Positions 16,361 to 24,847 of a DNA stretch of 32,000 nucleotides are shown piece by piece. Position numbers and translations under genes: made by a program. The DNA is taken from assembly GCA_965232005.1 (NCBI GenBank), contig OZ246950.1:4294311-4326310 (forward strand). The letters are read 5' to 3'. The notes below the pieces were generated by a model, which did not search any database, was not told the origin of the DNA, and was given only the letters and a program-made list of their open reading frames with translations. The stretch's first letter is position 1, and each line of letters begins with the position of its first letter. Origin of the DNA: Longimicrobiales bacterium. GTDB taxonomy: Bacteria; Gemmatimonadota; Gemmatimonadetes; Longimicrobiales; Gaopeijiaceae.

Positions 16361-19114
16361 ATGAAATCTCCCCCCTCCCCCCGCCCCGCCGCCCGCCCTA
16401 CGCCGGCGCTGGCCCGACACTCGCTCTCGGCGACCATCTTCGCGCTTGTCCACCTCCCCTCCCCGGCGCTGGCCCGACTCTCGCTCGCGGCCACCATCCT
16501 CGCGCTCCTCCACCTCCCCACCCCCACCGTAGCCCAGCGCCTCCCCGACCCCTCGCCCGGCGACCTCGCCACGCTCTCCGTCCCGCGCTTCGAGATCGCG
16601 CCGTCGCCCATCGAGCTGACCGGTCCCGTGCGACCGGGCGAGTACCTCGGCGTCACCGGACCGCGCGCGGCATGGCTGGGGGTCGAGACCGGCGAGGCGG
16701 AGCTGTGGGTGCATCCGCTCAAGGTGGGCAGCGGCTTCCGGCTCTCGTTTTCGACGCCTGGCTACGGCTCGCCCATTCCCGGCGACCGGATCGCGCGCAC
16801 GGTGCACGTCCGGCCCGAGATCACCACGATCACGTACAGCCACGCGGCCTTCCAGGTGCGCCAGCACATTCTTGCGCCCCGCGACACGGCCGCGTCCGGT
16901 CTCCTCGTTCTGCTCGAGGTCGACAGCCCGGATCCGATGGAGATCGTCGTCGAGTTCCACCCGGTCCTCAACTACATGTGGCCGGGTTCGCTGGGCGGGC
17001 AGTATGCGTACTGGGACGGGGAGCGGCGCGTCTTCGTGCTCTCCGAGAGCCTGCAGACGCGCAATGCGGTGGTGGGCTCGCCGTGGGCGACGAACTCGGT
17101 CGAGCATCCGGCGCATCAGCTCGGCGAGGCGCCGCGCACGATGGTGATTCCGGTCGACCCGGAGCGCGCGCGCGGCGAGTTCATTCCGATCGCGGTGGCG
17201 GCGGGAACCGTCCCGCGCGACACTGTTTTCGCCCGCTATGCGCGGCTGATTTCGGGCGCCGGCATGCTCTATCGGGACACCCGGGCATGGGCTGATTCGG
17301 TGCTGGCCACCACGGCCTCCGTCGAGACACCCGACCCCCAGCTCGACGTGGCCCTGGAGTGGGCGAAGATCAACCTCGAGGAGCAGCGCGTCTGCAACCC
17401 GGACCTGGGGTGCGGGTTCGTGGCCGGCTGGGGTCTGTCGGGCGCCGGCGGGCGGCCCGGCTTCGGCTGGTTTTTCGGCGGCGACGCGATGATCAACACC
17501 TATGCCATGGACGCGCTCGGGCAGTGGGAGCTGGTGGCCGAGGAGCTCGCATTCCTCGCGGGCTACCAGCGCGACGACGGCAAGATCACGCACGAGATCT
17601 CGCAGGCGGCCGCGCATATCGACTGGTTCGACACCTATCCCTACGCCTACTACCACGCCGACACGACCCCCCACTGGATGTCCGCGTTGCACCACTACTG
17701 GCGCGCGAGCGGCGACGACGACCTGGTGCGCGAGCTGTGGCCGGCCTACCGGCGCGCGTGGGCGTGGTGCCTGAGCGCCGAGACCGACGGCGACGGGATC
17801 ATCGAGAACACGGTGGGCGGGCTCGGCGCTGTCGAGGTCGGCGGGCTCGGCGAGGCGCTCCACCAGGACATCTACCTGGCCGGCGTCTGGGTGGCGGCGA
17901 TCGAGGGCACGCTGGCCATGGCGGAGGAGATGGGCGACGGCGAGCTTGCCGCCCAGGCCCGCGAGATCGCCCCCATCGCCCGCGCGACCCTCAACGACGA
18001 CTACTGGCGGCCGGACGAAGGGCATCACGCGTTCGGGATCCTCGCCGGCGGCGGCACCAACGACAACCTGACCGTGTGGCCGGCCACCGCCGCCGCCTTC
18101 GGCCTGCTCGACGACGCCCGCGCCCGCTCCACCCTGACCCTCATGGCCGGCGACCGCGTGTCGTCGGATTGGGGCGCCCACATGCTCTCGACGGACAGCG
18201 ACCTCTACGACCCGCTCCAGTACAACATGGGGACCGTTTGGCCCTTCGTGACCGGATTCGCGTCGTGGGCGCAGTACCGCTACCGCCGCCCCTGGGCCGG
18301 ATTCCACCTCATGGACGCGGTCAAGCAGATGACCTTCGACTGGAGCCTCGGCCGCCACGGCGAGCTCTTCTCGGGCAGTTTCTACCAGCCCCTCGACCAG
18401 ACCGTCCCGCACCAGTTCTTCGCCACCTCGATGCTCGTCACCCCCCTGCTCCGCGGCGTCTTCGGGTGGGATCCGGACGCGCCGAACAGCCGCGCGCGCC
18501 TGGCGCCGCAGCTGCCGCCGGACTGGCCGCGGGCGGCGGTGCGGGGGCTGCGTGTGGGCGATACCATGCTCGATGTGGTGATCGAGCAGCAGTGGACGAC
18601 GACCGGCGGGCAGCAACGTGTGGAGATCACCAGCCGGGGCCCGGCGGTCGAGATCGACTTGGTGCCGGATGTGGCCTTGGGCGCGACCGGCGTGACCGTC
18701 AGCCAGGCCGGCAGGGGCGGCGCGATCATGCCCCCGGGCGCGCTCGCCGACCGGACTCGTGGCCAAGTCCCGCCCCTCCGCGTCGCGCTGAGCACCGGCG
18801 AACCCGCCGAGATCGCCGTGACCTGGAACGGAGGCCTCGCGGTCGCCCCTCCCCGCATCGATTTGAAGCCCGGCCAGCGGAGCGCCGGGCTGCGGGTGCT
18901 GAATCTCGAGGTGGACGGCGACGGGTGGCTGCTCGACCTGGAGGGCACGGCGGGGCGCGAGTACGGAGTCGGGCTCTTCGGCCCGCCAGTGGACTTTGCG
19001 GCAACCGACCGCGGGGCGACGGTGTCGATGCGGTCGGACGGCACCCTCCGGGTCCGGTTCGCCGAAGGCGAGGGCCGCGCAACCGTGTCGATCCGCCTGA
19101 CGCCGAGCGGGTGA
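16361..19114 (+). CDS. Secreted (alpha/alpha)6 six-hairpin glycosidase, amylo-alpha-1,6-glucosidase (GDE_C)-like
   Basis: 917 aa. The central region GFVAGWGLSG...GWFFGGDAMINTYAMDALGQWELVAEELAFLAGYQRDDGKITHEIS...YYHADTTPHWMSALHHYWRASGDDDLVRELWPAYRRAWAW matches the GDE_C/six-hairpin pattern as I remember it. The N-terminus is Pro/Ala-rich and signal-like. Confidence 0.75.
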   Translation: MKSPPSPRPAARPTPALARHSLSATIFALVHLPSPALARLSLAATILALLHLPTPTVAQRLPDPSPGDLATLSVPRFEIAPSPIELTGPVRPGEYLGVTGPRAAWLGVETGEAELWVHPLKVGSGFRLSFSTPGYGSPIPGDRIARTVHVRPEITTITYSHAAFQVRQHILAPRDTAASGLLVLLEVDSPDPMEIVVEFHPVLNYMWPGSLGGQYAYWDGERRVFVLSESLQTRNAVVGSPWATNSVEHPAHQLGEAPRTMVIPVDPERARGEFIPIAVAAGTVPRDTVFARYARLISGAGMLYRDTRAWADSVLATTASVETPDPQLDVALEWAKINLEEQRVCNPDLGCGFVAGWGLSGAGGRPGFGWFFGGDAMINTYAMDALGQWELVAEELAFLAGYQRDDGKITHEISQAAAHIDWFDTYPYAYYHADTTPHWMSALHHYWRASGDDDLVRELWPAYRRAWAWCLSAETDGDGIIENTVGGLGAVEVGGLGEALHQDIYLAGVWVAAIEGTLAMAEEMGDGELAAQAREIAPIARATLNDDYWRPDEGHHAFGILAGGGTNDNLTVWPATAAAFGLLDDARARSTLTLMAGDRVSSDWGAHMLSTDSDLYDPLQYNMGTVWPFVTGFASWAQYRYRRPWAGFHLMDAVKQMTFDWSLGRHGELFSGSFYQPLDQTVPHQFFATSMLVTPLLRGVFGWDPDAPNSRARLAPQLPPDWPRAAVRGLRVGDTMLDVVIEQQWTTTGGQQRVEITSRGPAVEIDLVPDVALGATGVTVSQAGRGGAIMPPGALADRTRGQVPPLRVALSTGEPAEIAVTWNGGLAVAPPRIDLKPGQRSAGLRVLNLEVDGDGWLLDLEGTAGREYGVGLFGPPVDFAATDRGATVSMRSDGTLRVRFAEGEGRATVSIRLTPSG
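16405..16524 (+). repeat. In-frame 60-bp tandem duplication (2 copies, 53/60 identical) within the N-terminal signal-like region of the glycosidase gene
   Basis: Copy 1 (16405-16464) and copy 2 (16465-16524) differ at 7 positions by hand alignment. They encode ALARHSLSATIFALVHLPSP / ALARLSLAATILALLHLPTP. Confidence 0.9.
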
Positions 19115-19281
19115 GGCGAGCTGGCTCGGTCGCTCGGTTGCGGCGTTCTTTCTGTCACGGCTATTCTTGTGATGGTTGTTGCGGTGCAATACACACCCTG
19201 CGTCTGCGTCTGATGCGCTCGCGGCGCCGTTCCGGCACGCGTGCCGCGTAGTGTATCTCGGCTGCGGAGAGACGAGAACCG

Positions 19282-21333
19282 ATGACTGACACGGCGAAAA
19301 CGGCGGAGACGGCGGAGAGTTCGACGGCTGAATCCCTGAGCCTGGTTGACGAACTCATCCTGATGCTTCTCGACGAGAAGGGCGGCTACTTCCACCAGGT
19401 ACCCGGCTGGCAACTGAACTGCGCCATCGTCGGCGGAGTGCTGGCGGAACTCTCCTTCCGGTCGCGGCTCGACTCGGACTTGACATCCCTGTTCGTCGTG
19501 GACCCGGCCGAAACGGGCGATCCCGTCCTGGACCCCATCCTGAGGGAAATCGTGGACGCACCGGACCAACGCACTGCCCGGTACTGGATCGAACGGCTCG
19601 CCTCCCGTGCGGAGTCGGTCATCGATGTTACTCTGGCGCGCCTGGTTGAACGGGATATCCTCCAACACCACGAAGGCGAATTCTGGACACTGTCTCCCAC
19701 CGTCCTGCATGGGCAACAGTACGGGATGTCTGCGGAAGGCACGCCCGACCAGTTCATCAAGGCGCGCATCGGCAAGTTTCTCTTCACCGACGAGATTCCC
19801 GACCCCAGAGACGTCGTCATCGTGTGCCTCGTCAATACGTGCGACGTCTTTCGCCTGATTTTTGAACTCGATGAGAAGGCGGAGCAGCGCATCAAGTACA
19901 TCTGCCAGATGGACTTGATCGGCCGGTCCATTGCCGATGCAGTTTCTCGGAACTTGGTCGGCCCGATTCGTAGACATTCCGCTCTTTCCAAGAAGATTCC
20001 GACGGTTCCGCTGCGGAAGCTGCTGGCCAATCCCCATATCCGAGACGGCAACCTGAACGCCTTGTTCGGGCACCTCGCGGAGGAGTACGGCCCGGTGTTC
20101 CGTGTCCGCCCTCCCTTCTCGGAGCCCATGACCTTCCTGGCCGGACTCGAGACGAACCGCTGGGTGCACAAGCAGGGGCGAGCGTACCTGAGAACCAGGG
20201 ACTACTTCAGCGACTTCGAGAAGGTGTACGGTGCGACCGGCGTCCTCCCCGCCCTGGACGGCGCCGATCACTTCCGGCTTCGCAAGTTCCTGGCGCCGGC
20301 CTATTCCCAGGCGAGGCTGGCAGGGCAGATGGATCAGCTCTACACCAAGGGCCGCGCGTACATGGCGGGCTTGAAGGTTGGGGACTCCTACCGCGCCACG
20401 TCCATGAGCCGGGCGCTGGTCAACGCCCAGCTTTCACCGCTGTTCATCGGCGTCGATACGCAAGATCTCATGGACGACCTGATGGTGTACAAGGAACGGG
20501 CCCTCAGCGTGCATATCGCCCAACTCCTGCCCAAGTTCACGCTGAATACCCCGGGCATGAAACGCCGGGCGAGAGTCCTCGACACATTGATGGAACGGGT
20601 GTTGCAAGTCAACACGCCCGGCCAACGGGCGGACGGCCCGCGGAACCTGGTGGACGATTATCTCAGCCTGCACGCGAGCGACCCGCAGTTTCTCCCGGAG
20701 TCCAACCTGCTCTTCTCTTTTTCCGCAGCCTTGATTGCCAGCGTATACCTCGGCGATACGTTCAGCCTCATGGTCTACGCCATGGCGTCTCAGCCGGACC
20801 TGTACGCCAGGATCCAATCCGAAGCGGATGCCCTGTTCGCCAACGGCGACCCCGGGAAGGAGAACTTCACCCCCGCCAACATCGACGTGACGCACCGCTT
20901 CCTCATGGAGTGCCTGCGCATGTACCCGATCGTGACCATGTCGGTTCGCAACGTGATGAATACCTGCGTGGTCGAGAACCACGAGCTGCCCCTGGGGGAA
21001 CGGATCCACATCGCCATGACCGCCACGCATTACATGAGCGACGTCTTTCCCGAACCCCACAAGTTCGACATCGACCGCTTCCTGCCGTCGCGCAAGAAGT
21101 ATGACAGCCTCGGGTTCGCCCCGTACGGGCTGGGCACGCACAGGTGTCTCGGTACCCGGTGGATGGAGTTGCACCTGGCGGTCAACCTGCTGATGCTGGC
21201 GCATCACTTCACGATTGAGGTGTCGCCGGCGAAGTACGTGCGGAAGCTCCAATTCAATCCGTTTCCGTCGATGAAGCCCAGCAAGAAGCTGAAATTCCGC
21301 ATCCTGGAGCAGCGGCGCGAGTTGCCCGCTTGA
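19282..21333 (+). CDS. Fusion protein: N-terminal GPP34/GOLPH3-family domain + C-terminal cytochrome P450
   Basis: 683 aa. The N-terminal ~230 aa are LSLVDELILMLLDEKGGYF...AIVGGVLAELSF...ETGDPVLDPILREI...IPDPRDVVIVCLVNTCDVF, a GPP34-like pattern. The C-terminal ~430 aa carry the P450 ExxR (ECLRMYP) and the heme-thiolate loop FAPYGLGTHRCLGTRW (Cys codon 21145-21147, in frame). Confidence 0.85.
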   Translation: MTDTAKTAETAESSTAESLSLVDELILMLLDEKGGYFHQVPGWQLNCAIVGGVLAELSFRSRLDSDLTSLFVVDPAETGDPVLDPILREIVDAPDQRTARYWIERLASRAESVIDVTLARLVERDILQHHEGEFWTLSPTVLHGQQYGMSAEGTPDQFIKARIGKFLFTDEIPDPRDVVIVCLVNTCDVFRLIFELDEKAEQRIKYICQMDLIGRSIADAVSRNLVGPIRRHSALSKKIPTVPLRKLLANPHIRDGNLNALFGHLAEEYGPVFRVRPPFSEPMTFLAGLETNRWVHKQGRAYLRTRDYFSDFEKVYGATGVLPALDGADHFRLRKFLAPAYSQARLAGQMDQLYTKGRAYMAGLKVGDSYRATSMSRALVNAQLSPLFIGVDTQDLMDDLMVYKERALSVHIAQLLPKFTLNTPGMKRRARVLDTLMERVLQVNTPGQRADGPRNLVDDYLSLHASDPQFLPESNLLFSFSAALIASVYLGDTFSLMVYAMASQPDLYARIQSEADALFANGDPGKENFTPANIDVTHRFLMECLRMYPIVTMSVRNVMNTCVVENHELPLGERIHIAMTATHYMSDVFPEPHKFDIDRFLPSRKKYDSLGFAPYGLGTHRCLGTRWMELHLAVNLLMLAHHFTIEVSPAKYVRKLQFNPFPSMKPSKKLKFRILEQRRELPA

Positions 21334-22379
21334 GGCGCCACCAGATCCGGGTGGGCGAACTGTCGAAAGCGCTGAGGGATGCGTACCGCGGATCGGGCGT
21401 CGCGCGTCGCGTGCGCCACTTCAACAGCTGGGTCGACCGGGCGGTGCCGGACGCCGGAGGCGGGGGCGGCTACGACCACGCGGAAACGGTCAGGGAATAC
21501 TACGCGCTTTGCAACGGCTTCATGGTGTGGGGTTGGGGTGAATCCCTGCATTTCGCGCCCCTTACGCCTCATGAAAGTCTGGAGGAGTCCAAGGTCCGGC
21601 ACCAGCGCGCGATGATCGCCGAGCTGGAGTTGGAACAGGGCATGACGGTGGTCGACGTTGGTTGCGGGGTCGGTGGCCCCATGCGCCGCGTCGTCCGCGA
21701 GACCGGCAGCAGGGTCGTGGGTATCAACATCAATGAGGTCCAGCTGGCGCAAGCGAAGAAGTTGAACGCCGAGGCGGGGCTCGATCACCTGGTGGACCTG
21801 AAACGGTGCAGCTTCATGGACATGAGCGCCATCGAGGACAACACCTTCGACCGGGGTTACGCCATAGAGTCGACGTGCCATGCGCAGGACAAGCAACGCG
21901 CCTTCGCGGAGATATTCCGCGTGCTGAAACCGGGTGCCCTGTTCTGGGGTCAGGAAATGTGTCTTACGGACCGGTTCGATCCGAACGACGGTCGGCACCG
22001 TGCCGTCAAGCAGGATCTCATGCGCGGTATCGCGCTGCACGACATCGCCACGTTCGGAGAAGTGAATCACGCGCTCGAAGCCGCGGGATTTCAAGTCATT
22101 GAAGGAAGGGACTGGGACGTCCAGGAGGGACCCTCCACGCCTTGGTATCAACCCATGGAAAGTCGCCACGGGACGTTGGGGAACGCCTTGATAAGGCTTC
22201 CGTGGGGCCGCAAGGCGATCATCGCAGGATCGAAGCTGGCCGAGCTGCTGCGGCTCTTTCCGAATGGCTCGGCGGAAGTCGTTCGGCTCCTCGATCGGAC
22301 CGCGGAGGCGTATGTCGCGGGCGGCAAGACGGGTATCTTCACGCCGCTGTACTGTTTTCTGGCACGTAAACCCGTTTAG
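21330..22379 (+). CDS. Sterol C-24 methyltransferase (ERG6/SMT)-like SAM-dependent methyltransferase
   Basis: ~349 aa. YYALCNGFMVWGWGESLHFAP (family region I, cf. Y-E-Y-GWG-x-S-FHF). SAM motif VVDVGCGVGGP. NTFDRGYAIESTCHA, FRVLKPGALF, and the C-terminal AYVAGGKTGIFTPLYCFLARKP (sterol-MT C-terminal domain pattern). By eye it is collinear with yeast ERG6 as I recall it. Candidate TTG start at 21330 overlaps the P450 stop (21331-21333); an alternative GTG lies at 21351. Confidence 0.88.
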   Translation: MRRHQIRVGELSKALRDAYRGSGVARRVRHFNSWVDRAVPDAGGGGGYDHAETVREYYALCNGFMVWGWGESLHFAPLTPHESLEESKVRHQRAMIAELELEQGMTVVDVGCGVGGPMRRVVRETGSRVVGININEVQLAQAKKLNAEAGLDHLVDLKRCSFMDMSAIEDNTFDRGYAIESTCHAQDKQRAFAEIFRVLKPGALFWGQEMCLTDRFDPNDGRHRAVKQDLMRGIALHDIATFGEVNHALEAAGFQVIEGRDWDVQEGPSTPWYQPMESRHGTLGNALIRLPWGRKAIIAGSKLAELLRLFPNGSAEVVRLLDRTAEAYVAGGKTGIFTPLYCFLARKPV

Positions 22380-22421
22380 GTCCGAAAACAACGCTCATCG
22401 CCCGGTCATGAGGTCTGCCCC

Positions 22422-24506
22422 ATGCACGTAGGCGCCCTCGAAGCACGCAACTGGGCCGGCCTGGTCTTCACCGATGGCCCTGACGACGGAATCGCGGTGC
22501 GCCTCGCCTTCACCACCCCGGCAGGCGATCGTCGCCATCACGGCGACTGGTACTGGATGGTCTCGCGCGTCGGCACGCACGCGCCGGACGGCTCCTACGC
22601 ACGCGTCGAGTTCGACCTGGACGCCGAGCCGTCGCCATCGTCTGCCCCGGCGGCGGGCACCCTGATCCTGGAGTGGTCACGCCGCGCGGATGCCGTCGCA
22701 CTCAGCGCCACCGTGACGGCGCCCGGCCGTCTGGAGCTGGTCGGGGATGCACCGTGGGGATGGAGCGCGCGCTGGGTCGAGGTGGTGGGGGATGAGAGGG
22801 CGGAGATGGCGGGCGAGGCCGGAGATCCCGGCGCGGACGGCTGGCGGGCCGCGCTCGAAACGAGGGAGATTGCGGCCGTGTTCTCGGCGGGGACGGGGAC
22901 GGGCGACGATGTCCACCCCGCGCGCACCCTCGATGTCGCCCCGGGGGCCACCGGGCGCGTGGCCATGGTAGCCGCGTGGGGCGGAGACCCGCTCGCCCGG
23001 GCCCACAAGCTCCTCCCCGACGCGGACACCTGGATCGAAGAGGCGCGGACGGGTGTGGCCCGCCGCGGGCTCCGCGCGACCACCCGGCCGGGCCAGGGCG
23101 CGGCCGGCTCCGCCAAGGCGCGGCCTTCGCTGGCGGGTCCGCCGCACGCCACCCATTCCGAACTGCTCGAGAGCATCGCCGACAACCTGATGTGGACCGT
23201 CCTCCTCCAGCCTGAAACCGGCAGGCTCTACACCCCTGCCGGCCGCCGCTGGATCTTCCCGAGACCCACCGGGAGACACCGGGCACCGAAGCCGCGCGAT
23301 CCCGGTTCCGGCCCCGGCACCCAGTCGGGTTCCGCCGCGACCTCGGACCTGTCGCCGCACCTTCCCGAGCCCGATGACTGGACCATCTTCGGATGGGACA
23401 CCTTCTTCAACGCCCTCCTGCTCGCGAACGTCTCGGGCGAGCTGGCCTGGTCGACCCTCCTCGCCGGCGTCGAAGCGCGCTACCCGAACGGCAACATTCC
23501 CAACTGGCGGAGCCGCCGGGGCGGCACCCCCGACCGCTCCCAGCCCCCCGTCGGCTCCTTCGCGGCGTTGAAGCTGCACCGCATCCATCCCGACCACGCT
23601 TCCCTGGCCGCCGCCTGGCCCGGGCTCCTTGCCTGGTCCGACTGGTGGGTCGCCGACAAGAATGGGCGGCCGCGCCGTGAAGGCCTCACTCCGGGCCTGC
23701 TCTCGTGGGGATCGGACACGGCGCTGGTGCCGGGCCCCGAGCAGGTCCCGGAGTGGGAAGTCGGCGCGAGCGGCCACCAGCGCGCGGCCTGGGAGTCGGG
23801 CCAGGACGACCTCCCGCTTTGGGACGAGGCCGAGTGGGATGCCGAGCGGGAAGTCCTCGCCATGTCTGCGGTGGATCTGTGCAGCTACCGCGCGCTCGAC
23901 CTCGAGTGCCTGGCGCGCATCGCGCGCATCCTGGGGGACGGGCCGGCCGCGCGGCGCCTGGACGCCAGTCGGCAGCGCCTCGCCGAGACGATGAACCGGA
24001 CCCTCTGGTCCGAGGCCGCCGGCCTCTACCTCGACGAACTGCCCTCGGGACGGTCGCCGCGCGTGGCAGCGTCGCACTTCCTCCCCCTGCTCGCGGGCAT
24101 TCCTTCACAGCAGCGTGCCCGGCGCATGGTCGACGTGCTGCGCGACCCGGCCCGGTTCTGGGGCGACTGGGTGCTTCCCACGATCTCGCGCGACGATCCC
24201 GCGTTCGGCGACCAGCAGTACTGGCGCGGCTCGATCTGGCCGCCGATGAACTACCTCGTTCTGCAGGGTTTGCGGCGGTACGGATTCGACGACCTCGCGG
24301 CGGAGCTCGCGTGGAAGGGGGCCGACATGTTTCTGGCGGACCGGCGCCGCACGGGGTTCTGCCGCGAGAACTTCGATGCGCGCACGGGGCGCGGGCAGGG
24401 GCGGCGGTTTCAGAGTTGGGGGCCGCTGTTTGCGCTGGGGGGTCTGGAGGAGTTGGGCATCGACGCCGGAGCAGGCGGACTGGCGGCTCGGCCCCGGACT
24501 GTCTAG
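22422..24506 (+). CDS. (alpha/alpha)6 glycoside hydrolase, GH63 / MGH1 / trehalase-like
   Basis: 694 aa. DDWTIFGWDTFFNALLLANVSGELAWSTLLAGVEARYPNGNIPNW...SQPPVGSFAALKL and the C-terminal QQYWRGSIWPPMNYLVLQGLRRYG are patterns I associate with GH63-like/MGH-like hydrolases. It starts 42 nt after the methyltransferase gene on the same strand. Confidence 0.7.
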   Translation: MHVGALEARNWAGLVFTDGPDDGIAVRLAFTTPAGDRRHHGDWYWMVSRVGTHAPDGSYARVEFDLDAEPSPSSAPAAGTLILEWSRRADAVALSATVTAPGRLELVGDAPWGWSARWVEVVGDERAEMAGEAGDPGADGWRAALETREIAAVFSAGTGTGDDVHPARTLDVAPGATGRVAMVAAWGGDPLARAHKLLPDADTWIEEARTGVARRGLRATTRPGQGAAGSAKARPSLAGPPHATHSELLESIADNLMWTVLLQPETGRLYTPAGRRWIFPRPTGRHRAPKPRDPGSGPGTQSGSAATSDLSPHLPEPDDWTIFGWDTFFNALLLANVSGELAWSTLLAGVEARYPNGNIPNWRSRRGGTPDRSQPPVGSFAALKLHRIHPDHASLAAAWPGLLAWSDWWVADKNGRPRREGLTPGLLSWGSDTALVPGPEQVPEWEVGASGHQRAAWESGQDDLPLWDEAEWDAEREVLAMSAVDLCSYRALDLECLARIARILGDGPAARRLDASRQRLAETMNRTLWSEAAGLYLDELPSGRSPRVAASHFLPLLAGIPSQQRARRMVDVLRDPARFWGDWVLPTISRDDPAFGDQQYWRGSIWPPMNYLVLQGLRRYGFDDLAAELAWKGADMFLADRRRTGFCRENFDARTGRGQGRRFQSWGPLFALGGLEELGIDAGAGGLAARPRTV

Positions 24507-24847
24507 AGCCCCAGAACCAGTCGAAGCCCCGTTTCCACCTGTGTCATGAGGCTCCGGGAGATTTGCCCGCAGCGCTCGCAGAGGTGGTCTTCATCGAGGG
24601 TAACAAGCTGGGTCACGTTGGCGACGGAGTTTCTCGGCAACCCTGTCCCGGACGCGGCTAACAGCACGTTACCGGGTGCGTCGAGGTATCGCGTGTTCGA
24701 CGTAAGCGCTACGCCGATCACCGTTCGCAGCCGGCTTCGGTTGAAGGCATCGGCCTGCACCACAAGGATCGGCCTCCGGAAGCCCGGCTCCGATGCACAC
24801 GGTTCCTCCAGGTCAGCCCACCATACCTCCCGCCGCGCGACTACCAC
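24503..24847 (-). CDS. mazF: MazF/PemK-family endoribonuclease toxin
   Basis: 114 aa, GTG start. REVWWADLEEP...GFRRPILVVQADAFN...VIGVALTSN......VANVTQLVTLD is the classic PemK/MazF pattern. It overlaps the upstream antitoxin gene by 7 nt. Confidence 0.9.
   Translation of the reverse strand: MVVARREVWWADLEEPCASEPGFRRPILVVQADAFNRSRLRTVIGVALTSNTRYLDAPGNVLLAASGTGLPRNSVANVTQLVTLDEDHLCERCGQISRSLMTQVETGLRLVLGL

Noticed and set aside
16334-19189. 951-aa ORF on the minus strand, and similar long antisense ORFs: 14266-16722 (818 aa), 18382-20271 (629 aa), 5490-7109 (539 aa, + strand), 13157-14614 (485 aa), 9952-10986 and 25141-26427.
   Set aside because: They lie opposite or out of frame to genes with clear family motifs. 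Their translations are low-complexity and rich in Arg/Gly/Pro/Ala, as expected for shadow frames in GC-rich DNA. No recognisable domains.
19990-21333. Calling the P450 domain a CYP51 sterol 14-alpha-demethylase because of the adjacent SMT-like gene.
   Set aside because: I could not find the CYP51 signature regions as I remember them: the B'-helix Y-x-x-F/L-x-x-P-x-F-G-x-x-V-x-F/Y-D-type motif and an I-helix with a conserved His-Thr pair. The heme loop differs too. The family is left unassigned.
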